Origin: Phyllobates terribilis
Lineage: Eukaryota
NCBI RefSeq assembly: GCF_046119375.1
Contig: NW_027362762.1
Location: 303,738,001-303,802,000 of the forward strand
Length of the DNA: 64,000 nt
Direction: 5' to 3'
Part shown: piece after piece, positions 37,831-50,149 of the stretch
How positions within the stretch are numbered: the first letter of the stretch is position 1
Layout: every line of letters begins with the position of its first letter
Notes under the pieces: generated by a model
What the model was told of the DNA's origin: nothing
The model's input: the letters and a program-made list of their open reading frames with translations, nothing else
The model's database searches: none
Translations under genes and position numbers: made by a program

Positions 37831-40204
37831 TATTCAAGCAAATTTTACAATCAAAAAGTCAAATGGCGCTCCTTCCCTTCCGAGCCCTGCCGTGCGCCCA
37901 AACAGTGTTTTTTCCCCAAATATTGGGTATCTGCGTGCCCAGGGGAAATTGCACAACAAATTTTGGGGTCCATTTTTTCTTGTTACCCCTGTGAAAATAA
38001 AAAAATTGGGTCTAAAGTAACATTTTTGTGAAAAAAGTTAAATGTTCATTTTTTTCTTCCACATTCAAAAAATTCCTGTGAAGCACCTGAAGGGTTAATA
38101 AAGTTCTTGAATGTGATTTTGAGCACCTTGAGGGGTGCAGTTTTTAGAATGGTGTCACTTTTGGGTATTTTCTGTCATAAAGACCTCTCAAAGTGACTTC
38201 AAATGTGATGTGGTCCCTAAAAAAATGGTTTTGTAAATTTTGTTGGAAAAATGAGAAATCGCTGGTCAAATTTAACCCTTATAGCTCCCTAACAAAAAAA
38301 ATTTTCGTTCCAAAATTGTGCTGATGTAAGTAGACATGTGGGAAATGTCATTTATTAACTCTTTTGTGTGACATATCTCTCTGATTTAAGGGCATAAAAT
38401 TTCAAATTTTGAAAATTGCAAAATTTTCAAAATTTTGCCAAATTTCCGTTTTTTTCACAAATAAACGCAAGTGATATCGAAGAAATTTTACCACATTCAT
38501 GAAGTGCAATATGTCACGAAAAAACAGTCTCAGAATCAGGGGGATCCGTTGAAGTGTTCCAGAGTAATTACCTCATAAATTGACAGTGGTCAGAATTGTA
38601 AAAATTGACCTGGTCATTAACGTGCAAACCACCCTCGGGGCTTAAGGGGTTAAAGACCTGACAGCCCAAACAGCGGCCAGAGCCTTCCAGCAACACTTCT
38701 GCCGTCTACACGGATATCCGGAACTGGTCTTGACAGATCAAGGTCCAGCGTTTGAGGCTGAAGTATTCCAGGAGTTCTGCAACCTCTACGGCTGTAGGAA
38801 GATTCGGACAACGCCTTACCACCCTCTAAACAAACAGGCTGTGTGAGAAAATGAATAATATCGTCATTGATCTCCTCAAGACGTTGCCCCTGGAAGAACG
38901 CAGCCGGTGGCCGGAGAAGCTGCCAGACCTGATCAACTTGTACAACCATATCCCGGTGAATGCTACAAATTGCACCCCGGCTTACCTGATGCGAGCAAGA
39001 CCTGGTAAGCTGCCGATAGACCTGGAGATGGGAGTACTGACACCCGAGGACACCTCCTCAGATGGGGACTGGGATACGGAAAGGCGGCTACAGTACAAGA
39101 AGGTACAGGAGAGTGTGGAGAGGAGTCTGGCTCAAGCGAGAGAAAAGCATGAGAGGCTCTTCAACCAACACTCCCCTGCTTGTCCCCTGGAACCTGGTGA
39201 GCAGGTCCTGAAGCGGAAGAGAAGGCTTCACAAGCTGGATGACCAGTGGAAGAGAGACCCGTACACAGTACTGCAGTCCGACCACAACAACCCGAAGGTA
39301 TGTGTGATTACCAAGGATGGAGGAGAAACCACTAGCACTATCTCCAGAGACCACCTAAAACGGTGCCCCGAGCAACTGCAGAGTCCAAGTGAAGATCAAG
39401 ATGACCTTGAACCCGCAGAGGACAAGGAAGAAATGATCAGCACAGTTCTCGGAGAGTTCCCCCGGACCTGGACTCGAATAAACGACGCGATAGTGGTACC
39501 CGTCCTACACTTCCTTCAGCCTACCCAGCAGGAGCCTACAGGAGAGCAGGAAGAACAAGAGGAACAAGTAGCCCGGGAGGCAGAAGAACCCATGCCAGCA
39601 GCCCAGGAGAGTCAACCCTCTGCTGACAGTGAGCCTGCCATACCTGCGGTAAGCCAAAGGACCTGCAGACAGCTGCCTGCCCTGCCTGTGAACCCAGCTA
39701 GTAGCTGTACCCTAAATGATAGTGGGAAAGCCAGGGTAGACCACCACCAGACAGTGGGTTACGGAGGTCAACCCGGAGCACTAGGGGTCAAGTACAAGCT
39801 CACTGGAAGATCTAAATGCGCAGTGTATATATTTAATGTTTTATGTTTGTACCCTGGTTATTGATAATGTTTTCCAGTTTTCCTAGATACAATGGACTGA
39901 CAGGTTATGGACAGTGAATAACCGGAACTACCATGTAGATAGTTGCACCTGGTGCCCTCTTTCGAAGATGACCACGGACGAAAAACCTGTCCGGCGTGGC
40001 TCCATTGTGGTCCAAAGTAGTTAGCTTTTACCTTGCCAGGTCCCTACATTGTGGAAAACTACACCTGGTTGGGTTATATGGACACCCGGTCACGGAAGCG
40101 CCGTGACCTTAAGGACAAAATGCACTTGTAAATATGTTATTGTTTATGCCCTATATTTGTGTTTCCCATTTAGTCCCGGAGTACTAAGCTTTACTAGGGG
40201 GGAA

Positions 40205-41220
40205 TGTGTCACCCCCGGCCTGGATGCCACAAATATTAAGGCTGTGTCTGAGAGCAGGAGGGAGGTTCCCTGGTCAGGGACCATTAGCATGCAGCACCTC
40301 CTGTCCCAGGCCAGTAGGGGGAGCAGGCTGCCCCTATAAAAGCTGGAACTGGGGCAGGGTTAAAGAGGCCAGGACCCACTTCTGAAGTATCCAGAAGGGT
40401 TCCCAGAGAAGAGGGACAGGTCAGCAGCAGCTGAGGAGTCCGGGAGGCAGAGGAGAAGCTGCGAGTCAGGGACAGAGGCGATGAGAGCCGGTCCTGGCTG
40501 AGAGAGAACCTCACTACCGGACATTGGGGTCCGAGGCTGTCAGGGTTGCAAGCCCGGCAGCAAAGAACCAACTCGCGAGGGATTTCAGGTCCCTTGGCCT
40601 AAGAAGCCTGGAGGCTCCGCCACACAGAGGGACCAGTGCAGCACGGAGAAGCAACAGGTACCTAAGGCCCGAGTCGCAAGCCATACAGGCGAAGTACACG
40701 GCCAGCTCAGGGACGTGGGCTATCATACCACGAAGAGGGGGAGAGTCAGCAAGGGCAGAGAGAGAACGGTAGGCCTACCCACTCACCCTGACCAGTGGGG
40801 CTCGCCCGAATGCTCTCAGACACCCAGGCCCATTACTACCCAGTACTCCTGTTGGGTCATTAGTTCTACCTACAATAAAGACCCTGGACTGTTTGAAGCA
40901 GACTCTGAACCCTTATTATTGTGGCCTGCACTATCACCCCCAGCATTCACATACGATGCCCTGAGGCTACACTCTTCCTGTGGGGAGTTATCCTATCCCT
41001 GTGCTGCACACCAACATCAGCCTCAGAGGTCTGCCTTGCAGCGGTGGACCTCCCTGACCGCAATCCACGGGCGGTGTAGTCAGACATTCATAACTCCATA
41101 AATAGACTGCCACAGCATTTGGTCTGACCACCCTGAGCCACGGGATCGGGTTGCCACTACTACTCCAATCATCGCACTGAAGCCCAATTCCGAGTGCCCC
41201 GCGGCCCAGGGGGCGAGTCA
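40205..41220 (+). repeat. 3' LTR of Gypsy B (1016 bp)
   Basis: Direct repeat of 29982-30958, preceded by the PPT. Confidence 0.95.
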
Positions 41221-43950
41221 CTACCATTTTATCAGAACTGGTTTTTAGTGCCGCTGGTGGAATTATAACTGATAAGCGTATCCGCCTGTCAACTGAAAAT
41301 GCTGACAGGCTAACTCTTATAAAAATGAACAAAGGCTGGATTGGACCAAACTTCTCAACACCACCAAATGATAGCAGCGTAACAAACTCAAATCCAGTAT
41401 CTTTTTTTGGGAGGTGTATTCCCATGCACCTCTTCACACCCATACATGGGTATACGCTTTCTGATTTTGGCTATTTGCTCTTGTCCTCCTCCTTCTCCTC
41501 ATACTCATCCTCCGCCACCATATCACCAGGGTGACCGTGGTCCATGATGCAACACCCACAGAATTTTTTTAAAGGGTGTTTATGATGCCCGTAAAAAAAA
41601 TTTTCTATAAGGTTTGTTCATGTATACCCCCCCAGGGGTAAATGTTTGTCAGCCCATACACTTAGTGTATGAGCATTACAAGTATAGGAGACCCGCTCCT
41701 TTCTAATGGGAACATTTTTTCATGAGGCCCTCCTCCACGTCTCCTCCAAGGGGCATTGGAGTGCCTCCAAATTTTTGTCAACCCTTGCATTCACTGCATA
41801 GGTAATCACAATGGGAGACCCACTTCCTAATAATGGGAACATTTTTTTTCAGGAGACCCTGCTCTACTTCTCTTCCAAGGGGCATTGGAGTGCCTCCAAA
41901 TTTTTGTCAACCCTTGCATTCACTGCATAGGCAAACACAATGGGAGACCCACTTCCTAATAATGGGAACATTGCTTTCAAGAGGCCCGCCTCTAAGTCTC
42001 TTCAAAGTGGTAGTGGGGTGCCTCCAAATTTTTGGCAGCATGGCCACTCACTGCATGCGCAATTACAGTATAGGAGACCCACTCTTCAGTAATGGAACAA
42101 TAAAACATAGCTGGCTGATGGCTCTCTAAGAATAGTGAGGGCCGACTGCTGGCCCTTTAAGAATAGTAAAGGCTGTCTTATGGCCCTATAAAAATAGGCT
42201 CTGTGACTTTCAGAGTCCCTCCTTCATAAATGAAACCCAATGTGTCTGATGATATCTCACACACCACATGGCCAGATAAGGTTGTAAAATTTTAAAATGA
42301 CATTTCCTGGTGAATGCATTTGTCACAGTTGAAAGCAATGCAAAAGTGCAAAAATGCATCAAAAACGCTACGTGTGAACATAGCCCAAGTTGTGGAGGAC
42401 CATTTTTGTTTTTGGTTATTTATTTTGCTTTATATATAAGTCATTACCCTGGAAAGATGTTATTAACATATTTCCCAGGAAAATCCATTTTGGCTTAGTT
42501 TTTGTATGTTTTATTGTGAGTCCATAAAAGTGGCTTAATACCTCTGAAGTGACCTAGGAGTCAGACATGCTTCCGGGGGTCTTCCGCATGCTGTTCCCAT
42601 GTCATTTGAGCACTGTTCTCATCGATTTGGGCAATTTTTATGCCCTCTGCAGACCGCCGAGCATCGAGCACCTGAGCATTTTAGTGCTCGCCCATCACTG
42701 CTTGTGGGTAATTCTGTAAATCAACCCCTATTCTACCTCAAAAAAGGGGAGGTGTCAAAGAAAATATTAAAATCTAAGCAGCCACCAGGGAAGGGGGTAT
42801 TTATTTCTCCTCCCTCCCTCCTCCTCTCTCTTTTGCAGTAGGACAAGAGCTGGCAATCTAGCTGATACTCTTAGAGTTAGACTTGTACAATGGACATAAA
42901 GAAGTAGGAAATTAACATGCAGGAGCATCTTGTAAAACAAAAGCCCCTGCAGTACCAAGGAGGATGTCTTTTGTGCGTAGACAAAGAGTTATAGAATAGA
43001 CAGGTAATTAAGACAGGAAAAGTCTTTTCAGGGGGTTGGATAACAAAGGTACTTGTGTTTACACATAGACAGAGTAGTGGAAGAGGCCTCTTTTGTCCAC
43101 AGGAAATGCATCTTGAATTCATGTGGCACCTGTACTGCCTAGGATGAAATGTTATACGTTTACAATAGACAGCTGTCTCCAAAAAAAAATTGGGAATTTC
43201 GGGCTTTGTATATGTCCGATAGTGATGGGACATACATTTTCAGCTTGAGGACGAATCAGGAAAGAAGATGCATATTTTCTTATAACTGTAACCCCTGCCT
43301 ATCAGCCACAAATTAATAGTGGACAGACTGCTGACAACAGCCTGGTCAGGTTTAATCTCTGGGTAATGGTAAAATCTCAATAAAAGAATAAGGCGGTGAT
43401 CTCGAGTTTCTGCGATCATCCGGAGAGAAGATATCTCATAAGTTGGGAATTTCATAAAATCCTGAAAGGTGGAGAACAATGCACAACCCGGCTCACGTGA
43501 GGTAATCAAGGGGGGGGGTGGGTGTAACTCAGGTGCTGATAAAACGTCAAGACAAATTATAATCTTTGTTCCTGTAGAGAGATACACATTGTGTATGCAT
43601 GCCATTTGCTAAACATCCCCTATCGTAGTGCTCTCTGTAATATACCTGGCGGCGTCCTTGCATGGTGGTCCATCTCCCACTGTGCAAGAGCGCGCACTTG
43701 ATCTCCAGTCCAGAATGTCTCTCTGGCTTCCCTCCATGCTGTCTGTTTGTGTCTGTTTCTGCTGCTTAAGGGCGGCGCCCGATCACTTCCTGCTTTTTGT
43801 ACCTGCTGTGGGTCACACCCCTTGTGCGTCCTCAGCCTATTGCTGTCTGTCACCTGGTATATAACCCAGCTGCTGCAATCAATCCCTGCCTGAGCATAGT
43901 GTTTCATTCAGTGTGTGCTTGCACTCTGAAGGTGCCAGGTCCCGTTCTTT

Positions 43951-44205
43951 GTCTCCTGCCTTGCGGTATCAGTTCCCGTGTCTGAACTGAGTCCTGTCTA
44001 TGTCTCCTGCCTTGCGGTATCAGTTCCCGTGTCTGAACTGAGTCCTGTCTATGTCTCCTGCCTTGCGGTATCAGTTCCCGTGTCTGAACTGAGTCCTGTC
44101 TTTGTCTCCTGCCTTGCGGTATCAGTTCCCGTGTCTGAACTGAGTCCTGTCTATGTCTCCTGCCTTGCGGTATCAGTTCCCGTGTCTGAACTGAGTCCTG
44201 TCTGT
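43951..44205. repeat. 51-bp minisatellite, 5 copies
   Basis: Unit gtctcctgccttgcggtatcagttcccgtgtctgaactgagtcctgtctat at 43951, 44002, 44053, 44104 and 44155. Confidence 0.95.
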
Positions 44206-44244
44206 GTTCTCTTCTCTGCCTATCCTGGAGGCTGTATTTCCAGG

Positions 44245-44480
44245 CCTGTCTGAACACGCTCCTAGCCTGTTTCTCCCGCCTTCTAGGGGCCGATTACCTA
44301 GACCCGCTCCTGTATCTTGTCTGTCCTGTCTGAACACGCTCCTAGCCTGTTCCTCCCGCCTTCTAGGGGCCGATTACTTAGACCCGCTCCTGTATCTTGT
44401 CTGTCCTGTCTGAACACGCAACTTGCCTGTTCGTCCTGCCTCTCTGGGGGCCGTATTCCCAGACCCGCTCCTGTATTCCG
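44245..44480. repeat. 80-bp tandem repeat, about 2.5 copies
   Basis: cctgtctgaacacgc at 44245, 44325 and 44405. Confidence 0.85.
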
Positions 44481-44734
44481 CTGCAGTGTCGGTCTCCTCC
44501 GTACACTCAGTTCCAGTCTGAACTCTCTCCTATCCTTTACCTGTTTTGCCTCTATGTCCGTTCCCTTCCTTTTTCTGCAGAGTCTGAACTCGTACCTAAC
44601 TCCTGCTTGTTGTCTCTGTACTCCCGTTTGTGAGTTTGTGGTCCACTCGCTACTTCACTGCAAGTACCCTGTGGGTATCTGGCTCTGCCTTTCCCTTCCT
44701 GTCTGTTCCGTGTGAACAGAGCCCTGTCCCCCCT

Positions 44735-45330
44735 GCTCACCGCTCCGGTGGTTCTAGCCTGCTCTGACTCCTTTGCTCACCGCTCCGGCGGTTCTAGCCT
44801 GCTCTGACTCCTTTGCTCACCGCTCCGGCGGTTCTAGCCTGCTCTGACTCCTTTGCTCACCGCTCCGGCGGTTCTAGCCTGCTCTGACTCCTTTGCTCAC
44901 CGCTCCGGCGGTTCTAGCCTGCTTTGACTCCTTTGCTCACCGCTCCGGCGGTTCTAGCCTGCTCTGACTCCTTTGCTCACCGCTCTGGCGGTTCTAGCCT
45001 GCTCTGACTCCTTTGCTCACCGCTCCGGCGGTTCTAGCCTGCTCTGACTCCTTTGCTCGCTGCTCCGGCAGCCTTGCTCCGCTCTGACCCTTTTGCTCAC
45101 TGCTCCGGCAGTCTCGCTCTGCTTTTATCCTTTTGCTCACTGCTCCGGCAGTCTTGCTCCACTCTTGCTCACCGCTCCAGGCGGTCTCGTCCTGCTTTAC
45201 TCTTGCTCAATGCTCCGGCAGTCTCGCTCAGCTGACCCTTTGCTCACCGCTCCTGGCGGCCTTGTCCTGCTCTACTCTTGCTCACCGCTCCAGGCGGCCT
45301 TGTCCTGCCCTGTTCTCGCTCACCTCTCTG
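44735..45330. repeat. 40-bp minisatellite, 8 near-perfect copies then degenerate copies
   Basis: Unit gctcaccgctccggcggttctagcctgctctgactccttt every 40 bp from 44735 to 45054. Confidence 0.95.
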
Positions 45331-46499
45331 GGCGGCCTCACTCTGCTGTATTTGTCCGCCACATCTGTGGTTCTGTTCCTGAGTCCCAGTGTGTACTGGG
45401 TCCTATCCCGCCACTGTCCCTACCTGCTAGTGCCTCCCTGTCTGCACTCTAGCTGTGCTTGCCTGTACCCCTCTGCCTGTATTGTTCCTGAGTCCCAGTG
45501 TGTACTGGGTCCTATCCCGCCTGTGTTCCTACCTGTTAGTGCCTCCCTGTCTGCACTCTAGCTGTGCTTGCCTGTACCCCCCTGCCTGCATACCCGCCTG
45601 CCTGCATACCAGTCGTGCCTGCCTATACCCACCAGTCTGTGCGCCAGCCTAACCAGCCTGTTCCTGTATTGCCCTGTGGGGGTCAACAGCCGTGTCCGGG
45701 GTCTGTCCTGGAGTAGCACCTGGTCCCTCTGCTCGGTTCCTCCTTGGTGCACTGGCGTCGTATGCCGTCGTGCGACCCTGGTCGGATCGGGTGAATACCT
45801 AGTTACGCCCCTCCAGGCATTCACTCTCCGGCACGGTCCAATGGAATCACACGCACACGCCGCTCAGCCCGGGCGTGTGCATTACACTCTCCTTTGGCTA
45901 AGTTAACACATCTCTTTGAGCGGCGCGGTAAGTCTCTTTCGTTATTCCTTTTTTATTTTATGTAACTGTATATGCTGTATTGTTTTCTCCCCTTTGTAAA
46001 ATCTTTTGTATATTTTTCATAAACACTGCATTGTATTGGATTAAATATAAAATTTAATGGTTCTGTTCTTTTTGTTCAGTAATCCGCACTCTGAAGCCAT
46101 ACGCTACTAGAAACCAGATCTCCAGTCAGTCTGTATAAACCACAATTGGTGGTGGCAACGAGTAGTACTTGGGCTATCGTGGAGTTCGCAGTGACTGTAC
46201 CGTGGGTATATACACATATTCCAGGCATGGGAATCGGAGGTATATGTACCATACACTCACTGTTAGTTTCCCAATAACCGGCCCAAAAGTCCAAACAGCC
46301 TCTTCCATTAATCACTGGCCAATCGTGTTTTTGTTCAGACGAAAGTGGCAGCAGAGAGCTGTTTGGGACAAAAATATAACAACAGATGGTTCTGCGTGAC
46401 TTCTCGGGCTGTTGTGTTTTTATCCTTGACAATTGCCATTTAAATAGTACCCACCTCTTATCTCTATGCCTCCTCACGAAGCCAATCAGGTAAAACGCG

Positions 46500-47552
46500 T
46501 GTTGACATGCCCGCATATCCCCATCTGTGCTCCTATATTGCTGATATGATCAGCTATCAGGTGCCCAGACAGCCATGTGTGGATTCCACTCTTGGCTGTT
46601 AACATGTTGAATGCAGCTGTCAATCTCTGACAGTGGCATCTAACATGAACTCCCCAGAAGCGCGTCATAAGACCCACCAGTCGATGCATCATCACATGAT
46701 TGCGGGGCGCCAATGGGTTGGCATTACAGCCCAGGGTCTGCAGGAGACCCCTGTTTCTGTCATTGCTGATCTGCTATGAGCGCTGTCTTGTGGTCGGCGC
46801 TCATAGGAGATGAGCATTTTTGCAACACATGTGTTGCACAAGTGAACAGATGATCACATCTTCAAGTCTCCTAGGGAGACTATTGAAGCATGTAAAAAGC
46901 AAAAAAAAAGGTTATTAAAAATATAAAAAAATACACATATTTAGTTTTGCTGAAATGCCCAATCTATCAAAATATAAAAAGTATTAATCCGAGTGAGAAA
47001 AAAAATCAAAGCGCCAGAATTACGGTTTTTTGGTCGCTGCAATATTGCTATAAAAGGCATTAACGGATGATAAAAACATCGCATCTACCCCAAAATGCTA
47101 TCAATAAAAATGGCATATCGGCATTAAAAAAATAAGCCCTAACCCAGCACAAGATCACAAAAAATGGAGATGCTACGGGTCTCCATTTTTTTTTCTACAA
47201 ATTCTGGATTTTTTTCTCACTACTAAAATTAAAAAAAAAATCTTTATGTTCAGTATCTACGAACTCATAATTACCTTGAGAATCATAATGGCAGGTCAGT
47301 TTTAGCATTTATTGAACATAGTAAAACACAAAAAAAAATACAAAATGTGTAATTGCATTTTTTTGGCAATTTCACAGTACTTGAAATTTTTTTTCCTGTT
47401 TTCCAGTACATGGTATGGTAAAACTAATGGTGCTGTTCAAAACTACAACATGTCCTGCCAAAAACAAGCCCTTGCAGATCATTTTGATGGAAAAATAAAA
47501 AATTATGGCTCTAGGAAGGGGAGCAAAAAGCGAAAACGCAAGCAAAAAGGGG
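46500..47552. mobile_element. Truncated TTAA-type (piggyBac-like) non-autonomous remnant
   Basis: Right end AAAAGGGG|TTAA at 47552. The A-rich interior resembles 35900-36700. Left end not found. Confidence 0.55.
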
Positions 47553-48242
47553 TTAATTTAGTATCTGCACGGTTCTGATCTACATAGGCCCTTGTGAATA
47601 AATTAATTAATATACAGGGCTCATGTTTTTCAGGAGCACAGTGTATAGGGCATTATTGTCTCTTTTATATAGGGATATTTTTTACATCTTTTTTCCTATA
47701 AGTTTTAGCTGTACTTCTCCCTCAAGTCCATGTTTGTACTTGTATTATAATATACTATTATTGCATTTTTGTAAGAAACTTTATTATTAGTTCTAATTTC
47801 CCTTGTCTCTGGGTTTCTCTATCACCTTCTATGTTAGTTGCTTACATAACTACTCTTTTATATTTTTTCTTATCTTGTTGGACCCGATAGAGACCTTCTT
47901 TTTGTTTCAAATGCTGCCATTTTCACTCATGAAATAATAAAATGAAGATTAGCTCAGCAACCATCTAATGCTGCTCCATTTTCATCCCGTCTAAATATTC
48001 TATGTTAATCTTTATATCTACATTGTTCCTTTTGCTTTTGCAGTAAACTCACAAATAATATTATAATTGAGAGAAATTCAAAATTTCAACAATCTTTTGT
48101 TTGGCCACAATACAAATTATAATGATTCTCATGGTATTGTAAACCTTTAAACAGTTTTGCACTATTGCATTGTATCTGTACAGACTTTTTTATTTTGTCA
48201 TTTTTTATTCAGAAAAACATGAAATATATAACACAGTTTCAC

Positions 48243-48295
48243 CTGCTGTAATAAGATTAAATCTGTACATCTTTCTGTCTTCTTTGCCAAGTGGT
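48243..48295 (-). CDS. Weak candidate upstream exon (53 nt, phase 1-0) of the host gene
   Basis: Acceptor tttgtatttgcAG and donor CAG|GTGAAA. Frame HLAKKTERCTDLILLQQ joins the 13474 exon in phase. A competing candidate exists at 48663-48725. Confidence 0.3.
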
Positions 48296-50149
48296 CTGCA
48301 AATACAAACTTTTATAATTAAAACATTTGAAAATGATGTTTTACCTTGTTATTATATTTTTTTGTCCTTTTCTTTAAAGATGTTGCCAGCCATTCATTTG
48401 TGGTTATATTACAGTTTATATTGTTGAGGTATTTGCCCTATAATGCCTAGTGTTAAGTGTTCAGTATAAAGCTATTATTGATTTTGCGGTTTTATAGCTT
48501 CCTGCAAAATATTCATGCCATAACATCAATTTAGCCATTTTCATGCTTTGTTCTTGACATTTATTTGACCTAAATTGAAGTAAGGTTAAGAATAAAAAAC
48601 TGTAAAGAAGAGCAAAAAAATAACTTGAAACCTGAAATTACATGGTCGTAAGGGGAAGTTACCAACAATTCATTTAATTGACCAACGTTTTTCTGTGTAA
48701 GGTGGACTACTGACATGATCCCTGACTGCAAATATACCATTGCCAGAGGTCAACGACTTATCCCTTTTTCTTCATTGCGTTATACATGTACACACAACTA
48801 AATGTATAGATTTAAAGTGTAAGTCAAAGGAATAGCTAAAGGAAAAATGAGCTCTCTCATGTTTAGCCAGTTTTAAACCAACATAACATTTCAACTACTG
48901 AAATAATTTGCATTAAAACATTAAAAATAGAACAATGTAAATAATTAGTCTTTCTGTGTTATATTTTTGCTACATTTTCAAAAGTGATACAGTGCTTTTG
49001 CTTGATATAGGTTAACATGCAGGTAAGATTTTTTCCAAAGCATAATACAAGAGAATGGCTTACATTTAAAAAGGAAACCAAGCACATAAAATAATATTTT
49101 ATTTTGGTGACTTAGATATCTATCTTTACAATATTGTTTAAATGTATTAAATAGTTACATAGAATGGAAAAAGTAGGCAGCACTCCAATTGATTGTGGAA
49201 AATGGAGGATTATTTCTGTAGCCCAAGAGGCGATGTTTTGAATCCATCCTAGCACCTTACTCATGTAACAAGTGAATGAATTATGTGAATATATAGAGAA
49301 GTCTCAATCAACCGTTTAACATATTATTACAAAAATGTTAATATAACAATCATATCATGTGAATATATAAAAAAAGGTAAATACAAACAACATGTCATGC
49401 AAAAAATTATTAGTGAATTCAATTCATTTCAAGTACATTGTATTATAAAGTGCAAAGAATAGGGGCATGTGTCGCTGACCATGTGTCTGAAGACACCAAT
49501 CGCGTTATGCATGTTTATTGTGTCGTGCGTTTTTTGGATATAATTTGCAGTCTGAATTGCAATATATTATGATGTGGTTATGTATATTGGGAAGTAATGT
49601 TTAGGATAGTAGAATTGTGCAGCATGGATGCATGAGACAGGGCCTGGAAGAGGGCTTGGACCAACATTCCTAGCTTATACATTGAACAGTAACTGGTGGA
49701 TGAGTGACATATGTAGGCCTGGTGCTCTGAGAGCCCTACAAAATTCAGGCAACACACGTGAAGGAGACTCAACTTTGAGTCTAAGCATTTCCAAAAATTA
49801 GGGCAGACACCAGGAAAAGTGGCATCAATTGACCCACAGTTGAAATTTTATAACGGCAGTTATAGCAGCAGTCAGGCATGGGCCATGCATGAGACAGGGT
49901 CTGGGCCAGCATTTACAGATTTGAATTAAAGTTCATATTAAGACGAGATGGCTGAGGGACCAGTGTAGGCCTGCTGTGCTGGGAGACCTGATACCTCGTG
50001 CAACAGCTCAAACTGCTTTTCTGCTCAGCCACACTCAGGTAGCATAAATATTGGCTTTGTAGACTACTATTGTTAGAAAAATTAAGGATAGTAACACAGA
50101 AAGTTGACTGAAAGTAAGTGCAGGCCTGCTGGTCTGAAAGCCCTATTGA

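Larger units (their letters stand above)
35265..38649. mobile_element. Non-autonomous TTAA-specific (piggyBac-like) element, 3.4 kb
   Basis: TTAA|CCCCTTAA ... TTAAGGGG|TTAA. The empty site restores the integrase frame. No transposase ORF. Confidence 0.9.
32413..39864 (+). pseudogene. pol: Gypsy B pol (PR-RT-RH-INT), frameshifted, integrase split by a TTAA element
   Basis: LLDTGSQV, LDLTSGYWQV, YLDDVII, DASNVG, FTVYTDNNPL and LTIVDHYSRF. The frame VVPV|KDLTAQTAAR is restored when 35265-38653 is removed. Confidence 0.93.
29982..41220 (+). mobile_element. Gypsy element B, full-length LTR retrotransposon
   Basis: TG...CA LTRs at 29982-30958 and 40205-41220. Perfect 4-bp TSD CTAC. PBS and PPT (AGGGGGGAA before 40205) both present. 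Confidence 0.96.
26896..41390 (+). pseudogene. hAT transposase of copy 3 (26896-29981 joined to 41225-41390)
   Basis: ATG of MGKARGKGRGNGRDG at 26896. The frame EVLGCPAAT|ILSELVFSAAGGIITDKRIRLS is continuous once Gypsy B is removed. Multiple stops and frameshifts. Confidence 0.92.
25792..42700 (+). mobile_element. hAT copy 3, full length, split by Gypsy B
   Basis: Left TIR TAGTGATGAGAGAGCA and right end TGCTCGCCCATCACTG. TSD CTTTTGAG / CTTGTGGG (6/8 match). Collinear with copy 2 in reverse. Confidence 0.9.
43636..45886. mobile_element. Solo LTR (2.25 kb) containing tandem-repeat arrays
   Basis: TGTAAT...ATTACA terminal inverted 6-mer. Perfect 5-bp TSD CTCTC at 43631-43635 and 45887-45891. 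No coding domains. Confidence 0.8.

Noticed and set aside
25609-43542. Possible old solo LTR (TGTAGCACCCTG ... CAGGTGCTGATA) that hAT copy 3 inserted into
   Set aside because: The inverted ends are degenerate and there is no TSD, so the boundaries cannot be supported.
43904-44257. Repeat-protein ORFs (QGRRHRQDSVQTRELIP)n and (VSELSPVYVSCLAVSVP)n
   Set aside because: These are translations of a 51-bp minisatellite inside a solo LTR. A unit length divisible by 3 explains the open frames.
43951-45054. Regular repeat arrays superficially like CRISPR
   Set aside because: Head-to-tail tandem units with no unique spacers, no cas genes and a eukaryotic context.
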